From contig VGBL01000003.1 of NCBI GenBank assembly GCA_016870515.1, positions 103,430 to 167,429 on the forward strand: a stretch of DNA of 64,000 nucleotides. Direction: 5' to 3'. This DNA comes from Actinomycetota bacterium (GTDB taxonomy: Bacteria > Actinomycetota > Actinomycetes > S36-B12). A program made the position numbers and the translations under genes. A model generated the notes under the pieces. It made no database searches and was not told the origin of the DNA. It saw only the letters and a program-made list of their open reading frames with translations. Shown one piece after another: positions 18,787-32,776 of the stretch. Every line of letters starts with the position of its first letter. Position 1 is the stretch's first letter.

Positions 18787-20382
18787 CTAGGCGGGCGACC
18801 CGGAGCGCAGCAGGCTGTAGGCCAGGGCGTCCTCGAGAGCGATCCACGAGGCGGCAATGACGTTTTCGTGTACGCCCACGGTGCTCCAGTCGGCCGCGCC
18901 ATCGGTGGTGCCGATGAGCACGCGGGTGACGGCATCGGTGCCCGCCACTCCCTCGAGGATGCGCACCTTGTAGTCGGTGAGCCGCACCCCCTCGAGTTGT
19001 GGGAAGAGGCGCACGAGGGCACGGCGCAGGGCGCGGTCGAGGGCGTTGACGGGGCCGTTGCCCTCGGCGGTCATGATGACGCGCTCTCCACCGGCGTAGA
19101 CCTTGACGGTCGCCTCGCAGACGACGCTGCCGTCGGCGCGCTGCTCGACGATGGTGCGCCACGACTCCACGGTGTAGGGCTTCGGGCGCCCGCCGGGGCC
19201 CTCGTCGAGCACGAGCAGTTCGAAGGATGCGTCAGCCGCCTCGAAGGTCCACCCCTGTGCCTCGAGGGCCTTCACGCGCTCGACCACGCGCGCCAGGGTG
19301 CCGGGATCGTCGACCAGGTCGAGCCCGAGCTCGCGACCCTTGAGCTCGACCGAGGCACGTCCGGCCATCTCGGTGATAAGGATGCGCTGGTCGTTGCCGA
19401 CGATCGCCGGATCGATGTGGTTGTAGAGCTCGGCGTTCACCTTCAGGGCGCTCGCGTGCAGGCCGGCCTTGTGGGCGAACGACGAGACCCCGGCATAGGG
19501 CTGATGGGTGTCGGGGGCGATGTTGGCAATGGCCGCGATGGCGTGCGAGACCCGCACGGTGTCGCGCAGGTGGCCTTCGGGCAGCACGGACAAGCCGAGC
19601 TTGGTCTCGAGGTTGGCCACGACCGGGAAGAGGTCGGCGTTGCCGGTGCGCTCGCCGTAACCGTTCGCGGTGCACTGCACGTGGGTGACCCCGGCCTCGA
19701 CGGCCGAGAGGGTATTGGCGATGGCACAGCCGGTGTCGTCCTGGCAGTGGATGCCCAGGCGCACGCCGGAGCGCGCGAGGACGTCGGTCACGGCCTCGTA
19801 CATCCCGTGCGGGAGCATGCCGCCGTTGGTGTCGCACATGACTCCGACATCGGCGCCGGCGGAGAAGGCCGCCTCGAGCACGCGGATGCCGTAGTCGGGG
19901 TCGTGCCGGTAGCCGTCGAAGAAATGCTCCATGTCGACGAAGACGCGGCGGTCGTGCTTGCGCAGGAAGCGCACAGTGTCAGCCACCATCGCGAGGTTCT
20001 CCTCGTTGGTGGTCTTCAGCGCCTCGGCCACGTGTCGTACGTCGGACTTCGCGACGATGGTGACCACGGGAGCCTGGGAGTCGAGCAGTGCGCGCACCTG
20101 AGCGTCGTCCTCGACCCTGACACCCGCCTTGCGCGTGGCACCGAAGGCGACCAGCTGCGCAGTCTGCAGGTCGAGCTCCTCGCGCGCACGGGCGAAGAAC
20201 TCCGTGTCCTTGGGCATCGCTCCGGGCCAGCCGCCCTCGATGAAGCCGACGCCATAGCCGTCGAGAAGCCGCGCGACCGCGAGCTTGTCGTTGACGGAGT
20301 AGGCGATGCCCTCGCGCTGGGCTCCGTCGCGCAGCGTCGTGTCGTAGACATGGAAGTCATCCCCCAGGGGCAGGGTGGCCAT
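18787..20382 (-). CDS. cimA: citramalate synthase (LeuA/HCS family, CimA type)
   Basis: MATLPLGDDFHVYDTTLRDGAQREGIAYSVNDKLAVARLLDGYGVGFIEGGWPGAMPKDTEFF... plus a C-terminal LeuA-type regulatory domain. ATG 20382 is preceded by AAGGAGG. The 95-aa track extension is rejected. Confidence 0.75.
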   Translation of the reverse strand: MATLPLGDDFHVYDTTLRDGAQREGIAYSVNDKLAVARLLDGYGVGFIEGGWPGAMPKDTEFFARAREELDLQTAQLVAFGATRKAGVRVEDDAQVRALLDSQAPVVTIVAKSDVRHVAEALKTTNEENLAMVADTVRFLRKHDRRVFVDMEHFFDGYRHDPDYGIRVLEAAFSAGADVGVMCDTNGGMLPHGMYEAVTDVLARSGVRLGIHCQDDTGCAIANTLSAVEAGVTHVQCTANGYGERTGNADLFPVVANLETKLGLSVLPEGHLRDTVRVSHAIAAIANIAPDTHQPYAGVSSFAHKAGLHASALKVNAELYNHIDPAIVGNDQRILITEMAGRASVELKGRELGLDLVDDPGTLARVVERVKALEAQGWTFEAADASFELLVLDEGPGGRPKPYTVESWRTIVEQRADGSVVCEATVKVYAGGERVIMTAEGNGPVNALDRALRRALVRLFPQLEGVRLTDYKVRILEGVAGTDAVTRVLIGTTDGAADWSTVGVHENVIAASWIALEDALAYSLLRSGSPA

Positions 20383-20399
20383 GTCGTCCTCCTTCAAGC

Positions 20400-20427
20400 A
20401 AAAAGCCCCTCGCGGGTGCGAAGGGCT
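20400..20427 (-). terminator. intrinsic terminator / attenuator stem upstream of cimA
   Basis: Minus-strand RNA AGCCCUUCGC-ACCC-GCGAGGGGCU followed by UUUU. The 10-bp stem includes one G-U pair that forms only in this orientation. It lies 12 nt before the cimA SD. Confidence 0.6.
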
Positions 20428-20460
20428 GCGCATCGATGCCGCGGGGCGGCGCCGATGCGC
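20428..20460 (-). promoter_or_regulatory. hairpin 1 of the putative cimA attenuator
   Basis: Outer stem GCGCAUCG/CGAUGCGC (8 bp) and inner stem GCCGC-CCC-GCGGC. The 5' arm starts at the G of the leader stop codon. The inner GCCCCGCGG can alternatively pair with the terminator 3' arm. Confidence 0.45.
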
Positions 20461-20489
20461 TAGGCAATGATGATGCTGGCGTGAAGCAC
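20460..20489 (-). CDS. putative cimA leader peptide MLHASIIIA
   Basis: GTG CTT CAC GCC AGC ATC ATC ATT GCC TAG. TACACT (20501-20496) lies 6 nt upstream of the GTG, the geometry of a leaderless transcript. Confidence 0.45.
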   Translation of the reverse strand: MLHASIIIA

Positions 20490-20593
20490 GGGCCGAGTGT
20501 ACCGGGACCTGACGGGACGCGATAGCCCGGCTTCCGCACGGGCCGAGGAGCCCGCAGGGCCCGCGGGCCGGATCCCGCTCCTGGGGGCCGGGA

Positions 20594-21724
20594 TCAGGAG
20601 TCGATGATCTTGTGCAGCCAGGCGTGCTTGTCGGGCACGGCGCCGGTCTGGATGTCGAGCAGCGCATTGCGCAGCCGCATGGTGACCTCGCCGGCTCCGC
20701 CGTTGCCGACCGTCCAGTTGCCCAGGCGCGACTTCACGAAGCCCACCGGCGTAACGACAGCAGCGGTGCCGCACGCGAAGACCTCCGTGATCTCGCCCGA
20801 CGCGCAGCCGGCCTGCCATTCCTCGACGCTGATCCGGCCCTCGTCGGCGCGGATGCCGAGATCCTGCGCGACCGTCAGGAGGGAGTCGCGCGTGACGCCT
20901 GGCAGGAGTGCGCCGGTCAGGCTCGGCGTCATGATGCGCGCCTGGTCGCCGGAGCCGTAGACGAAGTACAGGTTCATGCCGCCCATCTCCTCGATCCACC
21001 GGTGCTCAGCGGCATCGAGCCAGACGACCTGGTCGCAGCCATGCTGCGCGGCCTCGGCTTGGGCGATGAGGCTCGCGGCGTAGTTGCCGGCGCACTTGGT
21101 CTCGCCGGTGCCGCCGGGAGCGGCGCGGACGTAGTCGTCGGAGAGCCACACGGTGACCGGGTGGATGCCCTTGGCGAAGTAGGCGCCGGCGGGCGAGGCG
21201 ATGAGGAGGAACTGGTAGGTGTTGGACGGCCGTACGCCCAGGCCGATCTCGGTGCCCAGCATGAACGGCCGCAGGTAGAGCGAGGTCTCTCCCCCGCTGG
21301 GCACCCAGTCGCGATCAGCGCTGACGAGCGCGGCGATGGAGCCGATGAAGAGTTCCTCGGGGACCTCGGCCATGGCGAGGCGGCGGGCGGAATTGTTGAA
21401 GCGCGTCGCGTTCTTGAGCGGGCGGTAGAGCCAGATGGACCCGTCGGCATGGCGGTAGGCCTTCATGCCCTCGAAGATCGCCTGGCCGTAGTGCAAGAAG
21501 TTGGTCGCTGGGTCGAAGGTCAGCGGCTGGTATGCGACGAGTTCGGCGTCATGCCAGCCCTCGTCCTCGGTCCAGGTCGCCCGCACCATGTGGTCGGTGT
21601 AGTGCTTGCCGAACCCGGGCTCGGCGAGGATCTCGGCGCGGCGCTCCGGCGACGTGGGGTTGGGATTGGGCTGCGCGACGATCGGCCACAGGTGCGTGTC
21701 GGCGAGCGAGGGCGACGTCGTCAT
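20594..21724 (-). CDS. ilvE: branched-chain amino acid aminotransferase
   Basis: ...FGKHYTDHMV...FHYGQAIFEGMKAY...PGGTGETKCAGNYAASL..., 376 aa of the actinobacterial long type. Confidence 0.9.
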   Translation of the reverse strand: MTTSPSLADTHLWPIVAQPNPNPTSPERRAEILAEPGFGKHYTDHMVRATWTEDEGWHDAELVAYQPLTFDPATNFLHYGQAIFEGMKAYRHADGSIWLYRPLKNATRFNNSARRLAMAEVPEELFIGSIAALVSADRDWVPSGGETSLYLRPFMLGTEIGLGVRPSNTYQFLLIASPAGAYFAKGIHPVTVWLSDDYVRAAPGGTGETKCAGNYAASLIAQAEAAQHGCDQVVWLDAAEHRWIEEMGGMNLYFVYGSGDQARIMTPSLTGALLPGVTRDSLLTVAQDLGIRADEGRISVEEWQAGCASGEITEVFACGTAAVVTPVGFVKSRLGNWTVGNGGAGEVTMRLRNALLDIQTGAVPDKHAWLHKIIDS

Positions 21725-21747
21725 GGCAGTGCAGACTACTCCTGCGC

Positions 21748-22788
21748 CTAGCTGGCCGCGCCCGCGGCGAGGGCGTCGCCGACCTGGCTCGTCGAGCGTG
21801 TTGTCGACCCGCGCGAGGCGAGGTCGGCGGAGACGGCCGCCTCCACTCGCTCGGCCTTGGCCTCCTCGCCCACGAAATCCAAGAGCAGGGCCAGGCTCAT
21901 GACCGTGGCCGTCGGATCAGCCTTGCCCTGCCCGGCGATATCGGGCGCCGATCCGTGGACGGGCTCGAACATGCTCGGGTTGCTGCGGCTCGGGTCGAGG
22001 TTGCCGCTCGCCGCCAGGCCGATGCCACCGCAGATGGCCGCGCCGATGTCGGTGAGGATGTCGCCGAAGAGGTTGTCGGTGACGACGACATCGAAGCGCT
22101 CCGGCTGCGTGATGAAGAACATCGCCGCGGCATCGACATGCTGGTAGTCGGTCTTGACGTCGGGGTACTCCGCCGCCACGCGGTCGAAGGTGCGCTTCCA
22201 CAGGCTGCCGGCATTGGTGAGCACGTTGGTCTTATGCACCAGCGTCACGTGCTTGCGGCGCTTTGTCGCGCGATTGAAGGCCTCGCGGATGATGCGCTCC
22301 GCGCCGTAGGCGGTGTTGATGCTCTCCTCCGTCGCCACCTCCTGCGGGGTCCCGCGGCGCAGCACTCCGCCGGCACCGACATAAGGACCCTCGGTGCCCT
22401 CGCGGTAGACGACGAAGTCGATCTCGTTGGGCCCCTTGCCGAGCAGCGGCGACGTGACCCCCGGGTAGAGCTTCACCGGCCGGTAGTTGACGTGGTGGTC
22501 GAGGTTGAACCGCAGCGGCAGGAGCACCCCGCGCTCGAGCACCCCCGGCGGGACGCTCGGGTCGCCAATGGCGCCGAGCAGGATCGCGTCGTAGCCGCGC
22601 AGCTCCTCAAGGACCGAGTCGGGCAGGGTCTCGCCCGTGGCGTTGTAGCGGCGCGCACCCAGGTCGTATTCGGTCGTGGTGACGACCACGTCGCCCTTGA
22701 CGGCGTCGAGGACCTTGAGAGCCTCGGCGACCACCTCGGTGCCGATGCCATCGCCGGGGATGAGGGCAAGGTTGAGGGTGCGTGCCAT
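21748..22788 (-). CDS. leuB: 3-isopropylmalate dehydrogenase
   Basis: [20 protein letters not shown]...NLFGDILTD...[14 protein letters not shown]. Confidence 0.92.
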   Translation of the reverse strand: MARTLNLALIPGDGIGTEVVAEALKVLDAVKGDVVVTTTEYDLGARRYNATGETLPDSVLEELRGYDAILLGAIGDPSVPPGVLERGVLLPLRFNLDHHVNYRPVKLYPGVTSPLLGKGPNEIDFVVYREGTEGPYVGAGGVLRRGTPQEVATEESINTAYGAERIIREAFNRATKRRKHVTLVHKTNVLTNAGSLWKRTFDRVAAEYPDVKTDYQHVDAAAMFFITQPERFDVVVTDNLFGDILTDIGAAICGGIGLAASGNLDPSRSNPSMFEPVHGSAPDIAGQGKADPTATVMSLALLLDFVGEEAKAERVEAAVSADLASRGSTTRSTSQVGDALAAGAAS

Positions 22789-22809
22789 GGGGCGAAGGCT
22801 AGTCGGGGC

Positions 22810-27013
<4,204 letters not shown>

Positions 27014-27069
27014 CTTGCTGTGAAGCGGCCCACGGATCGAGCCGGCCGGGGAAGTCTAACGAGGAGGAC

Positions 27070-28281
27070 CTAGACGCGCGCGCGGCGTCGCCAGGCCGTG
27101 AACGAGGTCACAGGGCCATCGTGCGGGGGTACCAGCCACGGCCAGGCGTGCACTCGCGCGAGCCGCATGTGCTCGGCACGACGACGCCACCCCGGCACGG
27201 GCGCGAACGTGGTGGCCACTGCCGTGTCTCGCAACTCTTCGACGGGATCACCGACATGCACGCGCACCTCGCGCCTGGTCGCGAGGTCGGCGACACACTC
27301 GGCCAGGAAGAGCAGGCGCGTGGTCGACAATCGGAGACGTTGGAGCAGTGGTCGATCCCACACGAAGGCGACGGGCAGATCGGGATGCGCGCGCAGTGTC
27401 GGGTCGTCGTCACCGAGCGACTCGGCGGTGATCCAGACCGCCTGTGGATCGCCGCCCTCGCCCGGGATGACATCAAGGCCTTTCGTGGCCGCCAGGTCGG
27501 GATCGCGGCGTATGCGCAGGTCGACGTAGGGCCTTGGCTCGCGCGCCTCCTCCGGCGGCCAATGCTGGATCGGGCAGGCGCGCGCGAAACTGCAGGTATC
27601 GCACAGGCCGGGCGCGCGCTTTTCGACCTGCCAGCGCGAGAAGCCGTAGGACTTCCCGGTGAGCGCACCGACAGTCCATTGCCATCCGATGCGGTTGGCC
27701 GCGCGCGAGCCGTCGAGCAGGTGCCGGAAGAAGGCGTCCTCGCCATCGCGCCAGCCCCAGCCATCGCGCACCGTCCACTGGCTGGCCAGCCACATGCGCT
27801 GCTGATTGGTGAGCCACCCTGCCTCGAGCTCACCGACGGAGAAGTCGATGCAGGCCATCCCCTCGGGCCACGCCGGTGAACCCTCGCTGCGCTCGGGCAC
27901 CTGATAGCGCAAGCTGCGCCGGGTCGCCTCCCCCAGCCGCGCATAGAGGTGCCGGGCGTACTCCTGCCACAGCAGCTCATCGCGGAATGTCATGACGTCC
28001 TTGCTCGGGCCGCCCGCGACGTGGTCCCACACACGGGGCAGGGTGAGCAGCCCATGGCGGATGTACGGCGAGAGCCGCGATGCACCGCGTCGATCCGTCG
28101 GCCACACCTCGTTGCGACGACCGGCGTAGCCGCGCACCGTGAACGCCTCGAGTGCGGCGTCAGCGCGTGACTGGCCGCCGTGCACTGCCGGCTCGCGAAT
28201 GGGCTCGCGCACGAGGTCGGCCAAATGCTCCTGCAGCCAGGCGGCCTCGGCGCCGACCTCGGGTGGTGGGAGATCAGCCAC
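27070..28281 (-). CDS. photolyase/cryptochrome-family FAD-domain protein with FeS-BCP-like Cys motif and a C-terminal alpha/beta-like domain
   Basis: ...RLSPYIRHGLL..., GMACIDFSVGELEAGWLTNQQRMWLASQW, FFRHLLDGSRAANRIGWQWTVG, GLCDTCSFARACP. GTG 28281 overlaps the stop of the upstream DUF2256/DUF3253 gene by 8 nt. The track's 115-aa extension runs in another frame of that gene and is rejected. Confidence 0.7.
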   Translation of the reverse strand: MADLPPPEVGAEAAWLQEHLADLVREPIREPAVHGGQSRADAALEAFTVRGYAGRRNEVWPTDRRGASRLSPYIRHGLLTLPRVWDHVAGGPSKDVMTFRDELLWQEYARHLYARLGEATRRSLRYQVPERSEGSPAWPEGMACIDFSVGELEAGWLTNQQRMWLASQWTVRDGWGWRDGEDAFFRHLLDGSRAANRIGWQWTVGALTGKSYGFSRWQVEKRAPGLCDTCSFARACPIQHWPPEEAREPRPYVDLRIRRDPDLAATKGLDVIPGEGGDPQAVWITAESLGDDDPTLRAHPDLPVAFVWDRPLLQRLRLSTTRLLFLAECVADLATRREVRVHVGDPVEELRDTAVATTFAPVPGWRRRAEHMRLARVHAWPWLVPPHDGPVTSFTAWRRRARV

Positions 28282-28648
28282 GGCGCACGCGCCGGATGCG
28301 GATGGGCCCCTTGGCGTGACTGGGATCGACGACGTGCCCGCCCTGGGTGATCTCGACCTCGTCCCGGGCGACGAGGCGGCGCGCCGCCTGCCTCGCAGGC
28401 TCCATGAGATCGCGCCATCCCTCGGGATCGACGGCACGGGCCACCTCGCTCGGGCAGATGGTCGCGCTCCCGGCACGCGCATCGAGCAGGTCGAGGATCG
28501 AGGCCTCGAGCGCTTCATCAGTGGCCGTGAGCTTGTAGCGCCGGCAGGCGTCGGAGCAGTAGCGCACGGAATCCCAGTTGCGTGCCCACGCCTTGCGCCA
28601 CTGCATGGTGCGGCCACATCGGACACACGTCTTGGGCTCTGGCGACAC
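28274..28648 (-). CDS. DUF2256 zinc-ribbon + DUF3253 fusion protein
   Basis: VSPEPKTCVRCGRTMQWRKAWARNWDSVRYCSDACR (DUF2256), then ILDLLDARAGSATICPSEVARAV...GWRDLMEPARQAARRLVARDEVEITQGG...AKGPIRIR (DUF3253). GC3 rises only from GTG 28648 onward in this frame. Confidence 0.7.
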   Translation of the reverse strand: MSPEPKTCVRCGRTMQWRKAWARNWDSVRYCSDACRRYKLTATDEALEASILDLLDARAGSATICPSEVARAVDPEGWRDLMEPARQAARRLVARDEVEITQGGHVVDPSHAKGPIRIRRVRRG

Positions 28649-28650
28649 GA

Positions 28651-29206
28651 CTACATCTTCGACGCGAGCGGCCCCGAGCGCATCCTCAGGAGGTAGTAGC
28701 GGGCCTTGCCGGTGCCACCTGAGCCAGGGGATTCGACGTGGCCGGGGCGATCCGAGATCGTCATCGTGGTGTCTTCGGTACAGCTTCCACGTGCCCTCGG
28801 GATTGGCCGTGACCGTCATGGAGAACGCCGTCGTCTTGAAGTGCGCGATCAGGAAGGGGTTGGAACTGATGCCGTAGTCGTGCGCGCCCAGGGTGGCCTT
28901 GACGGTGAAGGTCGTGGCGTCGGCATCGCACTGGCCCCCCGCGAGCAGCACCTGGCCTCGCGGGATGGCCGCCGTCAGCATCACGGTGTTGGTCGCCGGC
29001 TCCCACAGCCAGTAGCCGTCCTGGTCGTGGAAGGTGGCCGTCTTGTCGGGCTTGGTGATGTGCGTGTGGTAGCGCAGGCCATAGAACAACTGCGGGCCAT
29101 TGGTCTGGGGATCGATCGATTGCGCTTCGTGGTTCTCGACGTAGACCTGGTCCTTGGCACCCGACTTGTTGAGGTGCACGTCGGCACCGGCCGTGCCCTG
29201 CCACAC
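28651..29206 (-). pseudogene. heme-binding beta-barrel (THAP4/nitrobindin-like, DUF1794) gene with a +1 frameshift and no canonical start
   Basis: ...LFYGLRYHTHITKPDKTATFHDQDGYWLWEPATNTVMLTAAIPRGQVLLAGG...TWKLY. After TAC (28780-28778) the high-GC3 frame shifts by one base (extra nt near 28777), giving EDTTMTISDRPGHVE...ASKM-TAG (stop 28653-28651). The coding-like signal also continues upstream of GTG 29206 to the ilvC stop without an ATG, GTG or TTG. Confidence 0.5.
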
Positions 29207-29258
29207 GTCCGCCAGGGCACGCAGGGGCCTGACATTGGCGAGCGTGTCAGGGCTGATG

Positions 29259-30859
<1,601 letters not shown>

Positions 30860-30860
30860 G

Positions 30861-32612
30861 TCACTCCTCCGAATCCCAGGAGGGCGCCATCTCGCGCGCC
30901 ACCATGATGTCGTCATTGCTGGTGCCCGCAGCCACCATCGGCCACACCATCGCGTCGCGGTGAACGACGAAGTCGATGACCACCGGCGCGTCGTTGAGGC
31001 CGAGGGCCTGCTCGATCACCGAATCGACGTCCTCGGGACGCTCGCAGCGCAGGCCGTGGCAGCCGAAGGCGTCGGCGAGCTTGACGAAGTCGGGGATCCG
31101 GTGCGAGTGCAGGTCGGTCTCGGAGTAGCGCGAGTTGTAGAACAACGTCTGCCACTGCCGGACCATGCCCAGGCTCGAATTATTGATGAGCGCGACCTTG
31201 ATCGGGATGTCGTTGATCGCGCAGGTGGCGAGCTCCTGATTGGTCATCTGGAAGCAGCCATCGCCGTCGATGGCCCACACGGTGGATCCGGGCAGGCCGA
31301 CCTTGGCGCCCATGGCGGCCGGGACGGCGTAGCCCATCGTGCCGAGGCCACCGGAGTTGAGCCACATGCGCGGCCTCTCGTACTTCACGAACTGCGCGCC
31401 CCACATCTGGTGCTGGCCGACGCCTGCGGCATAGACCGCATCGGGGCCGCTGAGCACACCGAGGCGCTCGATGACGTACTGCGGGGACAGGCTGTCGTCG
31501 GAGGGAAGGTCGTAGCCGAGCGGATAGGTGTCGCGCCAGCGATTGAGGGTCGACCACCACGCGTCGTAGTCGCCGCGAAGTCCCGCCGCCTTCTCCTCAC
31601 CCAGCACGGCGGTGAGCTCGGTCATGACCTCGCCGACGTCACCGACGATGGGCACATCAGCGAAGCGGTTCTTGGAGATCTCAGCCGGATCGATGTCAGC
31701 GTGGATGATCGTCGCGTCGGGCGCGAAGGTCGACAGCTTGCCGGTGACGCGATCATCGAAGCGCGCGCCCAGGGCGATGATGAGGTCGGCCTTCTGAAGC
31801 GAGCCCACCGCGGCCACGGTGCCGTGCATGCCGGGCATGCCGAGGTGCTGCGGATGGCTGTCGGGGAATGCCCCGCGCGCCATCAGCGTGGTGATGACCG
31901 GCAGGCCGGTGAGTTCGGCGAGGGCCTTCAACTGCGCGGCGGCATCGGCGCGGATGACACCGCCGCCGACGTACAGGACGGGGCGCTTGGACTCCAGGAT
32001 GAGGCGAGCGGCCTCGCGGATCTGCTTGGAGTGCGGCTTGGTGACGGGGTGGTAGCCGGCGAGGTGGATGTCATCGGGCCACTCGAATGTCGTCATGGCC
32101 TGGAGGGCGTCCTTGGAGACGTCGACGAGCACCGGCCCGGGGCGGCCGGTCGACGCGAGGTGGAACGCCTCGGCCATGGCGCGCGGGATCTCGGCGGGAT
32201 CGGTCACCAGGTAGTTGTGCTTGGTGATCGGCATCGTGATGCCGCGGATATCGGCCTCTTGGAATGCGTCGGTGCCGATGGCCGAGCTGGGCACCTGGCC
32301 GGTGATGGCGACCATGGGCACGGAGTCCATGTGGGCATCGGCGATGGGGGTGACGAGGTTGGTCGCTCCAGGACCGCTGGTGGCCATGCACACGCCGACG
32401 CGCCCGGTCGCGGCCGCATAGCCCTCGGCCGCGTGGCCCGCGGCCTGCTCGTGGCGCACCAGGATGTGCCGGACCTTCGAGGAGTCCATGAGGGGGTCGT
32501 AGGCGGGCAGGATGGCGCCGCCGGGGATGCCGAAGACGACGTCGACGCCCGCGTGCTCCATGGACCGGATCAGGCTCTGGGCCCCCGTGACCCGCTCGTC
32601 GCTGGTGCTCAT
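30861..32612 (-). CDS. ilvB: acetolactate synthase large subunit
   Basis: [36 protein letters not shown]...[17 protein letters not shown] (ThDP motif). ATG 32612; GTG 32615 is an alternative. Confidence 0.92.
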   Translation of the reverse strand: MSTSDERVTGAQSLIRSMEHAGVDVVFGIPGGAILPAYDPLMDSSKVRHILVRHEQAAGHAAEGYAAATGRVGVCMATSGPGATNLVTPIADAHMDSVPMVAITGQVPSSAIGTDAFQEADIRGITMPITKHNYLVTDPAEIPRAMAEAFHLASTGRPGPVLVDVSKDALQAMTTFEWPDDIHLAGYHPVTKPHSKQIREAARLILESKRPVLYVGGGVIRADAAAQLKALAELTGLPVITTLMARGAFPDSHPQHLGMPGMHGTVAAVGSLQKADLIIALGARFDDRVTGKLSTFAPDATIIHADIDPAEISKNRFADVPIVGDVGEVMTELTAVLGEEKAAGLRGDYDAWWSTLNRWRDTYPLGYDLPSDDSLSPQYVIERLGVLSGPDAVYAAGVGQHQMWGAQFVKYERPRMWLNSGGLGTMGYAVPAAMGAKVGLPGSTVWAIDGDGCFQMTNQELATCAINDIPIKVALINNSSLGMVRQWQTLFYNSRYSETDLHSHRIPDFVKLADAFGCHGLRCERPEDVDSVIEQALGLNDAPVVIDFVVHRDAMVWPMVAAGTSNDDIMVAREMAPSWDSEE

Positions 32613-32666
32613 CACTCCCTCACTTCACTTCCGCTTCGGTGACCATGGTGGCGCATGGCCCCTGCT

Positions 32667-32693
32667 AACACGAAACCCCCCGGCCCGGGTGGG
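32667..32693 (-). terminator. candidate ilvB attenuator terminator
   Basis: Minus-strand CCC(A)CCC-GGGCC-GGGGGG followed by UUUCGUGUU, 54 nt before the ilvB ATG. Confidence 0.45.
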
Positions 32694-32734
32694 CTCGGAG
32701 GGTGCGCGGGGTCGCCGTGGACGACAGGGGGCGG

Positions 32735-32776
32735 TTATCCCGCGCGCCTGTGTACGACAATGACGATCCGCTGCAT
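32735..32776 (-). CDS. putative ilvB leader peptide MQRIVIVVHRRAG
   Basis: ATG CAG CGG ATC GTC ATT GTC GTA CAC AGG CGC GCG GGA TAA. TATCCT (32788-32783) lies 6 nt upstream of the ATG. Confidence 0.55.
   Translation of the reverse strand: MQRIVIVVHRRAG

Noticed and set aside
20460-20999. 179-aa ORF, and the analogous 116-aa (23230-23580) and 66-aa (32735-32935) ORFs
   Set aside because: As whole proteins they are implausible, because they overlap ilvE or promoter regions and are R-rich. Only their last 9, 14 and 13 codons are interpreted, as leader peptides starting at internal GTG/ATG codons.
28282-28626. 115-aa N-terminal extension of the photolyase-like ORF (track start at 28626)
   Set aside because: It lies in an alternative frame of the DUF2256/DUF3253 gene and is S/R/P-rich. 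The photolyase FAD-domain homology begins right after GTG 28281.
28274-29206. Single 310-aa fusion protein (beta-barrel plus DUF2256 plus DUF3253) as given by the ORF track
   Set aside because: The ~45-codon linker has low GC3 (about 59% by my count), while the +1 frame is about 85% and ends in TAG at 28651. This is better explained as a frameshifted upstream gene plus a separate GTG-initiated DUF2256/DUF3253 gene.
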